Of a stretch of 64,000 nucleotides of DNA, positions 20,316-29,711 are shown piece by piece (positions within the stretch are counted from its first letter, which is position 1; each line of letters opens with the position of its first letter). A program made the translations under genes and the position numbers. This DNA comes from an uncultured Desulfarculus sp. (GTDB lineage: Bacteria > Desulfobacterota > Desulfarculia > Desulfarculales > Desulfarculaceae): NCBI GenBank assembly GCA_963665125.2, contig CAXXUK010000001.1, positions 2,912,001 through 2,976,000 of the forward strand, written 5' to 3'. Under the pieces are notes generated by a model. That model had not been told where the DNA came from. It worked only from the letters and a program-made list of their open reading frames with translations, and did no database searches.

Positions 20316-21311
20316 ATGATTTGCGGAATCGTCAGTTACGGGCTTTATTTGCCCAAAAACAGGCAATCGGCCGAGGAACTGGCCGCTGAGATCGGGGTGG
20401 ACGCCGCCGAGATCAGGGCTCTGGGCATCGAGGAAAAGCCGGTTCCCGGCCCGGAAGAGCAGCCGGTGAGCATGGCCGCCAAGGCCGCCGGACAGGCCTT
20501 TGAGCGGGCTGGCGGCATAACTCCCCAAGACGTGGACCTGGTCATCTGGACCGGCGAGGAATACAAGGACTATATCGCCCAGACGGCGGCCATCCGCCTG
20601 CAGGAGGAAGTGGGCTGCAAAAAGGCCTGGGCCTACGACCTGGTCGGCCAGGGCGTCACCCCGGTGGTGGGCATGCGCGTGGCCAGGGACATGATGATCT
20701 CCGACGAGACCATCAACACGGTATTGCTGGCCGGGGGCACCCGCAACATCGACCTCGTCGACCCCAAACGCGGCGACACCCGCTTTCTGCTGACCTATTC
20801 GGCCTCGGGCGCGGCCATGATCCTGCGCAGGGGCCACGCGGAAAACGTCCTGCTGAACGTATCGGTGAGCACCGATCCCCAAATGGCCGACGAAGTTTAC
20901 GTGCCCGGTGGCGGCACGGAGATCCCCTTTGCCGAAAACAACCTGAACTCTGATCTGATGTTCTTCCAGGTCCAGCACCCGGAAAAAGTCGTGGCCTATC
21001 TTGATGACGTATTCGTGCGGCGTTTGGCCCAAGAGGCCTCACACTGCCTCAATGGAGACAAGGCCGACTACCTGGCCCTGCGCCACATGAACCCGGCCCG
21101 GCGCCGCAAGGTCCTGGAGGCCCTGGGCATAAGCGAAGACAAATCAGCCTCCCTGGTGCGCCTGGGCCACCACGGCGGCAACGACGCGGTGCTATCGCTG
21201 GACAAGGGCCTGAACGACGGAATCATCAAGCCCGGATCAGTGGTGGTCATGGTCACCGCGGGCATCGGCTACACCTATGCCGCAGCCACCGTCAAATGGG
21301 GGCCGATGTAG
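20316..21311 (+). CDS. FabH-like paralog lacking the catalytic Cys
   Basis: Aligns to 17713-18768 (DLVIWTGEE, VPGGG, GHHG, AGIGY) but reads YDLVGQGV where the Cys is expected. Confidence 0.88.
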   Translation: MICGIVSYGLYLPKNRQSAEELAAEIGVDAAEIRALGIEEKPVPGPEEQPVSMAAKAAGQAFERAGGITPQDVDLVIWTGEEYKDYIAQTAAIRLQEEVGCKKAWAYDLVGQGVTPVVGMRVARDMMISDETINTVLLAGGTRNIDLVDPKRGDTRFLLTYSASGAAMILRRGHAENVLLNVSVSTDPQMADEVYVPGGGTEIPFAENNLNSDLMFFQVQHPEKVVAYLDDVFVRRLAQEASHCLNGDKADYLALRHMNPARRRKVLEALGISEDKSASLVRLGHHGGNDAVLSLDKGLNDGIIKPGSVVVMVTAGIGYTYAAATVKWGPM

Positions 21312-21319
21312 TTTTTTGC

Positions 21320-21766
21320 CTAGCCGTCTTTTTTCTTGGCCAGTTTTTCGGCAAGAGTGTCGTTTTCCAGCAGGCCGAACACGCCGCTGGCCCGGAAGAT
21401 GCGCTTGTCTCCCACGTAGATAAAGGCGTTGGCGAATCCCATGCCCCCCGAGGCCCGGATGATGTCCACCCGCACCTCCAGCCAGTCTCCCAGATAGGCC
21501 GCGCTGGCGAAATCCGCCGTCAGGTTGGCCGTTATCAGCGGGGTTGGCGGATTCTGGCTGGTGCCCGTGACATAGCCCAGGGCCACGTCGGCCAGGGTCA
21601 GCAGCAATCCGCCGTGGGCCGTGCCCCTGGCGTTGGTGTGGCGCTGTTCAACCCGCAGGCCCAGCACGGGCCGCTCACCGCCGCGGTTTAAATAGATTGG
21701 GCCTATGTACTGCAAAAACGGGCTGGGGAAATCCAAAATTTCAAAGCCGTCGGGTATGCCGCTCAT
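21320..21766 (-). CDS. PaaI-family thioesterase (hotdog fold)
   Basis: HTNARGTAHGGLLLTLAD. Confidence 0.9.
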   Translation of the reverse strand: MSGIPDGFEILDFPSPFLQYIGPIYLNRGGERPVLGLRVEQRHTNARGTAHGGLLLTLADVALGYVTGTSQNPPTPLITANLTADFASAAYLGDWLEVRVDIIRASGGMGFANAFIYVGDKRIFRASGVFGLLENDTLAEKLAKKKDG

Positions 21767-21776
21767 TTACTAGCCT

Positions 21777-22733
21777 TCATCGTGATGGTGCGCCGCCTTT
21801 TACAAAGGCCGCGAAGTCTTCGAACGCGGTCCTGGTGTCATATTGATACTCGAAACCAAGCTCGTTTTTCAACTTGCTGTTGTCGGCCACCCAGGCATAG
21901 CGCATCAAATTCAGGGCCGGGGAGGGGAAATCGGTAATAAAGCGCATCCGCAGATTCCAGGCCAGATTGTTCAGCGGGCCCAGGATGCTCACGGGCAGTT
22001 GCACGGGAATATTGCCCAGGATGCGGGCCATCTCTGTGGGGCACAGTTCGCCGTCTCCGGCGATGTTGTACACGCCCCGGCAGCCCCGCTCGATGAGCAG
22101 GTCTATGGCCCGGACCAGGTCGTCCTCGTGCACGAACTGCATGGGCGAACAGGGCTTGGGCAGGGCCACCAGGGGCTTTTGCAGGTGCTTGGCCAGGGGG
22201 TTGGCGAACCCCGGCCCCACCACGAACGATGGCCGGGCCCAACATACGGTGATGTCCGGGTTGGCCTTGGCAAAGGAGAGGATCTCGGTTTCCATCAGCC
22301 GCTTGCAGTAAGCATAGGTGAAGTCTTCGTTGCCCCGCAGGGCGCTGTCCTCCCGCAGGGGGTAGTCGTTGTCCGGATGAAAGCCGTAGGCCGTGGTGGA
22401 GCTGGTGTAAAACACCCGCTCCACCTTGGCGGCGACGCTGGCGGCCAGCACGTTTCTGGTGCCGCCCACGTTGATGTCGACCATCAGGTCCCGGTCGTGG
22501 ATCGGCGGCAAGACCCAGGCCGCGTGGATCACCGTGTCGATTTGGTGCTCTTTGAGTATGTCGTCAATGGGCTGGCGCACGTCGCGCTGGACGAACACCA
22601 GCTTTTCGGGCATGGCCTTGGGCGGGTTGACGTCCAGGCCGACGATCTTTTTCACGCCGTTCTTGGCGCTGAAATGTTCCGCCAAGCAGCCGCCGAAATA
22701 GCCCGAACTGCCCGTCAGCAAAATATTTTTCAT
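21777..22733 (-). CDS. Extended SDR / NAD-dependent epimerase-dehydratase
   Basis: TGSSGYFG, TSSTTAYG, YAYCK, FVHEDD. Confidence 0.9.
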   Translation of the reverse strand: MKNILLTGSSGYFGGCLAEHFSAKNGVKKIVGLDVNPPKAMPEKLVFVQRDVRQPIDDILKEHQIDTVIHAAWVLPPIHDRDLMVDINVGGTRNVLAASVAAKVERVFYTSSTTAYGFHPDNDYPLREDSALRGNEDFTYAYCKRLMETEILSFAKANPDITVCWARPSFVVGPGFANPLAKHLQKPLVALPKPCSPMQFVHEDDLVRAIDLLIERGCRGVYNIAGDGELCPTEMARILGNIPVQLPVSILGPLNNLAWNLRMRFITDFPSPALNLMRYAWVADNSKLKNELGFEYQYDTRTAFEDFAAFVKGGAPSR

Positions 22734-22789
22734 GGCTTTCAAATCCTTGAATCACGGGCGGCGGCTTTTTTGCGTGTCGGCGGTCCGGC

Positions 22790-23359
22790 CTATAACAGGT
22801 CCTTGCCCAACGCGAAGGCGTCACCCAATATTTTGTTCATCCCCCAATAGATGCGCCTCTCGGGTAAAAAGGCCAGGGGGTCAAGCTTGGCCGGATCGGG
22901 CTTGCCGTCCGGGCCCAATATCTCCTCGTTGGCCTTGACGTCCATGATCTGGCCCACGAACATGGTGTGCATGCCCAGTTCGACGGTGTGGATCACCTTG
23001 CATTCCAGGCACAGCGGCACCTGGTCGATAACCGGCGCGTCCACGTATTCGCCGGGCGTGGCGGTCCAGCCCAACACGGCCAGCTTGTCCCGATCGCGGC
23101 CGCTGGCCATGCCGCAATAGTCGGCCTGCTTGACCTGGGCGGCCGAGGGGATGTTCAGGGTGAACACCCCGGAGCGCACCAGTTGGCCGTGGGAATAGGT
23201 GGCGGGCCGCAGACTCACCGCCACGCAGGGCGGCTTGGAGCAACACAGGCCGGCCCAGGCCGCGGTCATCAGGTTCGGCTTGCGCTCCAGGTCGTAGCTG
23301 CCCACCAGCACCACCGGCGCGGGGCAAAGCAGCGTATGAGCTCCCAAGGATTTTTTCAT
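22790..23359 (-). CDS. Flavin reductase (flavoredoxin) family
   Basis: PNLMTAAW, GMASGRDRDK, LECKV, HTMFVG. Confidence 0.9.
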   Translation of the reverse strand: MKKSLGAHTLLCPAPVVLVGSYDLERKPNLMTAAWAGLCCSKPPCVAVSLRPATYSHGQLVRSGVFTLNIPSAAQVKQADYCGMASGRDRDKLAVLGWTATPGEYVDAPVIDQVPLCLECKVIHTVELGMHTMFVGQIMDVKANEEILGPDGKPDPAKLDPLAFLPERRIYWGMNKILGDAFALGKDLL

Positions 23360-23420
23360 GGCTCGTCCTCCCACCTTTGAAGATATTTGTCTTCCTTGTA
23401 GGATAGCACGGGCCTTCGGA

Positions 23421-24062
23421 TTAATCCGAGCCCACCCACGGCCCGGGCGGACCTATGAGCAGAAACGGCGCGGGATTCAGCGATCCCCCGGACCAGGCCA
23501 GGCCGCCCATCCCCAAATAGAGCCTGTCGTTGATGCGCCTGATTTCATCGACCATGGAATGATTGAGGCCGTCGTTGTATTTGGCGTAGATCAGAAACAT
23601 CGACGGCTTTTCATCGTATTCCGAATGGGAAATGACCGTATCCATGCGCATGGTCCGCAGCAGCGGCTTGGCTTCATCTCCCCTGAACAGGTTGTAGCCG
23701 TGGCCCTTGGTGGTGGTTTCGGCCTGGAAGGCCTTGCCCAGCCAATGGCCCGGGCCCATGACGTTGTGGGAATACCAGTTGGCGAAAAAGCCCAGCACCC
23801 CGGCATTTACCAATTCGGCCTTGAATTCGCCGTTCATCTCGGCAAGGTTCGGCGCCTCTGAGGCCAAAAACAATTGCAAGATGTCTGACTTGCTCAGTTT
23901 TTGCACGTCAGCCGCTGTTGCCTGGCTCGCCGGTTTGCCCAGGATCTGGTCCTTGGTCCGGCCGTCGGCCGCGCCGGTACCGTTTTGGATGATGTTGACA
24001 GCCACCATAACCAGGGTGATAAAGACAACCACCCCCAAGACCATGAACAGTTTTTTGATCAT
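23421..24062 (-). CDS. Membrane-anchored hypothetical protein
   Basis: N-terminal TM helix; WLGKAF, GYNLF, DEIRR, YLG motifs; inside the operon. Confidence 0.75.
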   Translation of the reverse strand: MIKKLFMVLGVVVFITLVMVAVNIIQNGTGAADGRTKDQILGKPASQATAADVQKLSKSDILQLFLASEAPNLAEMNGEFKAELVNAGVLGFFANWYSHNVMGPGHWLGKAFQAETTTKGHGYNLFRGDEAKPLLRTMRMDTVISHSEYDEKPSMFLIYAKYNDGLNHSMVDEIRRINDRLYLGMGGLAWSGGSLNPAPFLLIGPPGPWVGSD

Positions 24063-24093
24063 CGAATCGCTCCGGATCCGATGCCGTTGCGGG

Positions 24094-24906
24094 CTACTCC
24101 GAGCCCTTCAGCGCGATGATGGAGATCAGAGGCATCAGCCGCCTCGGCGTGAGCCGGGGCAGGAAAAGGTGAACGAATTTATTTTGCAGGCCGGGGATGT
24201 GCACGGCCTTGCCCTTTTCGATGGTACGCACCGCAGCCGACCCTATGCAAGCCGGATCGGCCAGACCGCCGATGGAATACCAGCGCAGCTTTTGGGGAAA
24301 GCCCTCGCCCTTCAGAAGCGGCGTGTTGACATAGCTGGGGTTGAGAGTGCAGACCTTGACCCCGGTGCCGCTGAGTTCCTGGCGCACGCCCTCGCTGAGC
24401 ATCTGCACGAAGGCCTTGGTGGCCCCGTAGACCGTGTGGTGGGGCGTGGGCTGGAAGGCGCTGGCGCTGCACACGTTGAGCACCCGGCCCTGGCCGGCGG
24501 CCTTCATCTGGGGCAGAAACAACGCCATCAAGGCCATGTAGGCCCTGGCGTTGACGGCAAGCATCAGCTCGCTTTTTTCCAAGGGCGCCTGGTCGAAGAA
24601 GCCGTAGCTGATGACCCCGGCGTTGTTGACCAGGATGTCCAGGCGGGGGGTTATCCCCCCCACCTGGTTGTAAAGCTCCCGCGGGCCTTCGGGCGCGGAC
24701 AGGTCGCCGGTCAGGGGCCAAACCGACACGCCGTGGTTTTTGCTCAGTTCGGCGGCAAGTTCATCCAGGGCCCCGGCCTCGGCGGGCAGAGCCGCCGCGA
24801 TGACGTTGGCTCCCTTGGCCGCCAGGGCTCTGGCGATCTCCTTGCCGATTCCCGAACCCGCGCCGGTGACCAGCGCCGTCTTTGCCTTCAGGTCGTAGCG
24901 GGCCAT
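24094..24906 (-). CDS. SDR-family oxidoreductase
   Basis: TGAGSGIG, NNAG, YGATK. Confidence 0.92.
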   Translation of the reverse strand: MARYDLKAKTALVTGAGSGIGKEIARALAAKGANVIAAALPAEAGALDELAAELSKNHGVSVWPLTGDLSAPEGPRELYNQVGGITPRLDILVNNAGVISYGFFDQAPLEKSELMLAVNARAYMALMALFLPQMKAAGQGRVLNVCSASAFQPTPHHTVYGATKAFVQMLSEGVRQELSGTGVKVCTLNPSYVNTPLLKGEGFPQKLRWYSIGGLADPACIGSAAVRTIEKGKAVHIPGLQNKFVHLFLPRLTPRRLMPLISIIALKGSE

Positions 24907-24910
24907 TTGC

Positions 24911-26155
24911 TTATGCCTTTTCCAGAATGTGGATGCACATGGCGGCCTCTTCCACCCCGATGTTGCCGCCGCCGTTTTCGGCCAGGCCGATCTTGGCCCC
25001 GGCCACCTGACGCTCTCCGGCCTCGCCGCGCACTTGGCTGACGATCTCGTAGATCTGGGCCAGGCCCGAGGCGCCGATGGGGTGCCCCCGGCACTCCAGC
25101 CCGCCGCTGGTGTTGATGGGCCGCTCGCCGCCCAGGGTGGTGGCCCCGCTCACGGCGTAGACGCCGCCCTGACCTATGGGGCAAAAGCCCATGACCTCGG
25201 TCTGGTGCATCTCGCCGTAGCTGGTGGCGTCGTGCAGCTCGGCCAGGTCGATGGCCTCGGGCCCCATGCCCGACACCTCATAGGCCTGTTTGCTCAGGCG
25301 CTCGCCGATGTCCTCGCCGTCCAGGTCGCGGTCGGAGCCCTGGCCCATGACGCTGGCGGCCACCCGCACGGCCCGGTCCAGGCCGTGGCGCTTGGCGAAG
25401 GCCTCGGAGCACACCAATGCCGCGGCCGCGCCGTCGCCCACCGGGGCGCACATGGCCCTGGTCAGGGGATAGGCCACGGCCCGGTCGGCCAGCACCTCCT
25501 CCACACTCATCTTCTGCTGGTATTGGCTCATGGGGTTCAATGAACCGTGCAGATGGTTCTTGGAGCAGATATGGGCCAGTTGCTCCTGGGTGGAGCCGAA
25601 GCGGTCCATGTGCCAGCGCGCGCCCATGGCGTAGGCGTCCATGAATATGCTGCGGCCCTGGCCCGGCGCGCCCTCGTCGTCGGGCAGCTTGACGTTCTTG
25701 AACGATCCGCCCACCTCCATGATCATCTTGATGTGGTTCTCGAAGTTCTCCAGGTCCATGCAGGTGGCATAGGCCGACAGGCTCTTGAGCTTGTCCTCGC
25801 AGGTGATCTTTTCCGAGCCGATGGCCAGGGCCACGTCATAGGCCCCGGCCTTGATGCCGGTGCAGGCCAGGTGCAGGGCCGTGGAGGCCCCGGCGCAGGC
25901 GTTTTCCACGTTGGTCACCGGGATCTTGTCCATGCCCATGCCCCGCAGGACCACCTGGCCCCGGATGCTGTGCTGGTTGTCGAACATGCCCCAGAACGTG
26001 TTGGCGAAAAACGCCGCCTGCACATCCCCCCTCCCCAGACCGGCGTCCTTCAGGCACAGACCGATGGCCTCCTCGGCCATGTTGCGCACCGTGCGGTCGG
26101 GGTATTTGTTGAAGCGGATCTGCCCCACGCCGATGATGTAGACATCGTTGCTCAT
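24911..26155 (-). CDS. Thiolase, SCP2 type
   Basis: NVENACAG, ELHDAT, GHPIGASG, ENGGG (no C-terminal Cys). Confidence 0.9.
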   Translation of the reverse strand: MSNDVYIIGVGQIRFNKYPDRTVRNMAEEAIGLCLKDAGLGRGDVQAAFFANTFWGMFDNQHSIRGQVVLRGMGMDKIPVTNVENACAGASTALHLACTGIKAGAYDVALAIGSEKITCEDKLKSLSAYATCMDLENFENHIKMIMEVGGSFKNVKLPDDEGAPGQGRSIFMDAYAMGARWHMDRFGSTQEQLAHICSKNHLHGSLNPMSQYQQKMSVEEVLADRAVAYPLTRAMCAPVGDGAAAALVCSEAFAKRHGLDRAVRVAASVMGQGSDRDLDGEDIGERLSKQAYEVSGMGPEAIDLAELHDATSYGEMHQTEVMGFCPIGQGGVYAVSGATTLGGERPINTSGGLECRGHPIGASGLAQIYEIVSQVRGEAGERQVAGAKIGLAENGGGNIGVEEAAMCIHILEKA

Positions 26156-27390
26156 GCAGTGGCCTCCTCTACGATCTGCTGTCCGGCGTGCAGGGCCAGG
26201 ATGTCGTTTGAGCCGTCCTCGATGAGCCCGGAGCGGGCGTCGCGGAATATCTTCTCGATGGGGTATTCCTTGGTCACGCCATAGCCCCCGAACATCTGCA
26301 CCGCGTCCGATGCGATCTCAAAGGCGCTCTGGGTGCAGAAGACCTTGGAGGCAATGGAATACTTGGTGTTGGGCGGGCTCATGCTCATGTTGTAGACCAT
26401 GGCCGCCCGGCTGAGCTGGCGGCAGGCCTCGACCTTCTTGAACATGTCGAAAAGCCGCGCCCGAACGGTGGAATGGTCGCATAGGCGCTTGCCACCCTGG
26501 ACGCGCTCGGTGCTGTATTGCAGGGCCAGGTCATAGGCGCTTCTGGCCACGCCGGTGAAGAACGCGCCCATGTGGGCGTTGGCCAGGGCCACGACCATGT
26601 CGGTCATCATGGTGTAGCTCTCGGGGTCCGAGATAAAATGCTCGCTGGGCACCACGGCGTCATCAAAGTAGATTTCGCCCTGGGGCAGATCCCGCTGGCC
26701 CAGCTTGTCCAGGGGTTTGCCCCGGCTGACGCCGCTCTGGGTCAGGTCCACCAGGCAGATACCTCCGCCGTCAAAGCCCATGGACGGATCCATGTTGCAA
26801 AAGAGCATGGAGTTGGTGGCTACGGTGCCATTGCTGATCCAGGCCGATTTCTGGCCGTTCAACAGCCAGTCGTTTCCCTTTTTGGTGGCCTTGACCTGCT
26901 GGGTGATCTTGGGGTTGGAGAAATGCTCGGCTCCGGGCATCAGGTTGTCAGAGCCGTGGTTGGGCTCGGTTATGCCCCAGCAGCTCATCACGGAGGCGTC
27001 GCGGCATTCGATGTACGGCGTGATATAGGTGTCGGTAAGTTCGTCCTCGGCCATCATCGTGCAGATGAACGGTCCGAACCCGGCGCAGCCCAGGCTCACG
27101 GCCAGGCCCACCGAACCGTAGGCCATCTCTTCCCAGAAGATGTGGTTGGCCAGCGGGTCCAGGCCCAGGCCGCCGTATTCGTCGGGCAGGAGCACGGTAT
27201 GGTAGCCAAGCTCGTACATTTGCTTCATAATCCGCCAGTAGGGCGAACCGGGGGCGATAACCTCCTCGGGGGTCAGTTTGTCCAGTTCGATGGAAGCGGG
27301 GCGCACCTGTTCCACGGCGAATTTGTGTACGGCCTCACGCAAGGCCGCGTGGTCATCAGCGAGATCCAGGTTAAGCTCGAGGTAGGGCAC
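26152..27390 (-). CDS. Acyl-CoA dehydrogenase
   Basis: ITEPNHGSD, NGQKSAWISNG, RVQGGK, QMFGGYG, IEDGSN. Confidence 0.93.
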   Translation of the reverse strand: MPYLELNLDLADDHAALREAVHKFAVEQVRPASIELDKLTPEEVIAPGSPYWRIMKQMYELGYHTVLLPDEYGGLGLDPLANHIFWEEMAYGSVGLAVSLGCAGFGPFICTMMAEDELTDTYITPYIECRDASVMSCWGITEPNHGSDNLMPGAEHFSNPKITQQVKATKKGNDWLLNGQKSAWISNGTVATNSMLFCNMDPSMGFDGGGICLVDLTQSGVSRGKPLDKLGQRDLPQGEIYFDDAVVPSEHFISDPESYTMMTDMVVALANAHMGAFFTGVARSAYDLALQYSTERVQGGKRLCDHSTVRARLFDMFKKVEACRQLSRAAMVYNMSMSPPNTKYSIASKVFCTQSAFEIASDAVQMFGGYGVTKEYPIEKIFRDARSGLIEDGSNDILALHAGQQIVEEATA

Positions 27391-27422
27391 GGGCTTTTCC
27401 TTCCTTGGCCATGCGGCCTTTT

Positions 27423-29036
27423 TTAGCGGTAATCCGCGTAGTTCAATATGGTTCCCTGACCCTGTTCGAACTCCTGGCGGAGCAGGCGGTCCAGGGGCTT
27501 TTGGGACACTGTCTTGGGCACTTCGGGCACCATCTGCAAATAGCTGGGGATGCTGTTGGCCTCCAGCTCCTTTTGGCAGATGCCGAAGATGTCCTTGGGG
27601 TCGATTTCCTTGCCTTCGTGGGGGGCCACCGCCGCCACGAGATCGCTTTCGCCGGGCGCTCCGCTGGCGGCGGGCACGCCGTAGACGCAGACTTCGCTGA
27701 CGTCGTCGAGCTTGCCGATGACGGCCTCCACCCGCTCGGGCTGGATGAAATCGCCGGCCCGGCGCAGTTCGGAGCCCTTGCGGAAGTCGAAGTAGTACCA
27801 GCCGTCGGCGTCCTTGTGCACGATGTCGCCGGTGCGCAGCCAGCCGCCCTTGGTCTTTTCATCGCTGGCCTGGGGCAGGCCCAGGTAGTCGACCTTGGTC
27901 TCGCCCTTGAGCATCTTGGCGATGAGTTCGCCCTTTTCGCCGGCCGGCACCTCGTTGTCGTCGTCGTCAACGACCTTGAACTCCATGATGCCGGGCACTG
28001 GCTTGCCGAAGGAGCCGATGGGGCCCTTGCCCGGGGCCTTGAAGGCGAACCCGCCCTCCACCGCGCCGTACCATTCCAGGATCTGCACGTTGAAACGCTT
28101 TTCAAAGTCCTCCCAGATGGCCGCCGGGGTTCCGGCGCTGATGACGGTCTTTACCGGGTTGTCGGCGTCATTGGGTTTGGGCGGCTCGTTGTGGATGCCG
28201 CTCATCATGCCGCCCAGCAGGCTGAAGCTGGTGCAGCCGAACTCCCGGCAGATATCCCAGATGCGGCTCTTGGTGAACTTGGGGCTGAACACAGCCTTTA
28301 TACCCAGGTTCAGGGCCGGGAACAGGGTCACGGCCTGGGCGTTGCCGTGGGTCAGCGAAAGGCCGCTGTAGAGCACGTCGTCCTTTTTGTATTTCCAGGC
28401 CAGGCGGTTGATAATGTTGAACAGGCCCATGCGGTTGCAGCGGATGGTCACGCCCTTGGGGTCGCCGGTGGTGCCGCTGGTGTAGATGATCTCCCAGGGC
28501 TGGCGCACGTCCATGATCATCTGGTCCACGGTCTGCCAGGTGTCGGCCTCCAGTGTCTCGTTCAGGGCGTGGAAATCCGCCACAGGCTCGACGCCCTCGT
28601 CGCGCTGGTAGGCGATGGTCACGAACTTGATCTCCGGCGCCTCGGGCAAAACCCGTTTGATTTCCTCAAGACAGATGCCCGTGCCGACGATGGCCTTGGC
28701 CCCGGAGTTGTTGATCAGGAACTTGAAGCGCTCGCCCTTGGTGCGCGGGTCCACCGGCACTGCCACGGCGCCGATGGTGGTGGCGGCCAAAAGGCTGTAG
28801 ATGAACTCCGGATAATTGCGCATGTAGACGATGAACGCGTCGCCCTTGCCGATGCCGTTGTCCAAAAGCAGCCGGGCCAGTTTGTTGGCCTTGGTGTGCA
28901 TGTCGGCGTAGGTCAATGCGTCGTGGCCGAATTTGCCGCGTTCAAAGATATAGACTTCCTTGTCCGGCTCCTTGTCGGCCTTGAGCTCCACCAGGTGCGA
29001 GGCGATTATTTGGTTGAGATGTGCTTTTGATGCCAT
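27423..29036 (-). CDS. Acyl-CoA ligase (CaiC-like)
   Basis: YTSGTTGDPKG, WYGAVEG, RTGD, PKTVSQK. Confidence 0.9.
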   Translation of the reverse strand: MASKAHLNQIIASHLVELKADKEPDKEVYIFERGKFGHDALTYADMHTKANKLARLLLDNGIGKGDAFIVYMRNYPEFIYSLLAATTIGAVAVPVDPRTKGERFKFLINNSGAKAIVGTGICLEEIKRVLPEAPEIKFVTIAYQRDEGVEPVADFHALNETLEADTWQTVDQMIMDVRQPWEIIYTSGTTGDPKGVTIRCNRMGLFNIINRLAWKYKKDDVLYSGLSLTHGNAQAVTLFPALNLGIKAVFSPKFTKSRIWDICREFGCTSFSLLGGMMSGIHNEPPKPNDADNPVKTVISAGTPAAIWEDFEKRFNVQILEWYGAVEGGFAFKAPGKGPIGSFGKPVPGIMEFKVVDDDDNEVPAGEKGELIAKMLKGETKVDYLGLPQASDEKTKGGWLRTGDIVHKDADGWYYFDFRKGSELRRAGDFIQPERVEAVIGKLDDVSEVCVYGVPAASGAPGESDLVAAVAPHEGKEIDPKDIFGICQKELEANSIPSYLQMVPEVPKTVSQKPLDRLLRQEFEQGQGTILNYADYR

Positions 29037-29048
29037 GATTCGCTTCCC

Positions 29049-29699
29049 CTAATCCTCGATGGCCCCGATAAAGCCGCGGGTAAAGGTGGGGAACTCCTTC
29101 TCGAACGTCTCGTCCCAGTGTTCCTTGGTCCAGTACTTGTGGCGGTCGAAATACGGGTCCTGCTTGGCCACCGAAACGCTGACGCTGGAGACGATGTGGC
29201 AGTCCTCGATGATGCCCATGGCCTGGGCCCCGAAGGCCAGGGTGCTGAAGACCCGGCAATACAGGCCCAACCGCCAGGCCACGGCAGCCGCGGCGTTGCA
29301 GGCGATGTTCAGGTTGAGGTTCTTGAACTGGCAGGAGGGCCCGATGGCCGTCAGGGCCTCGGCCTCCTCGGCCTTGTTCAACTCGGCGCAGGTGCGGTAT
29401 CCGCAGGCCCCGCAGTTGTAGCCGAACTCGCTGGTGCGGGTGTCGCCGATGACCATCAGGCCGCAGGGCTCCTTGATCAGCTCCATGACAAAGCGGCCGT
29501 CGCGGGCGGCCAGGGGGGACATGTCGCCCAGGGAGAAGCAAAACTCGGCGATCTCTTCCATTTCCTCGGCGCCCACGGTGACGATCTTCAGGTTGTTGCG
29601 TCCCTTGAAGCGGTAGCTGTTGTGGGCGGCCACGGCCATCAGCTCCATGGCCCGGTCCAATCCGTTTTGGATCAGTTCGTCTTTTTCGATAATTGCCAT
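29049..29699 (-). CDS. DUF2148-like ferredoxin-domain protein
   Basis: NCGACGYRTC...GPSC, PYFDR. Confidence 0.8.
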   Translation of the reverse strand: MAIIEKDELIQNGLDRAMELMAVAAHNSYRFKGRNNLKIVTVGAEEMEEIAEFCFSLGDMSPLAARDGRFVMELIKEPCGLMVIGDTRTSEFGYNCGACGYRTCAELNKAEEAEALTAIGPSCQFKNLNLNIACNAAAAVAWRLGLYCRVFSTLAFGAQAMGIIEDCHIVSSVSVSVAKQDPYFDRHKYWTKEHWDETFEKEFPTFTRGFIGAIED

Positions 29700-29711
29700 T
29701 TCACCCTCCCC

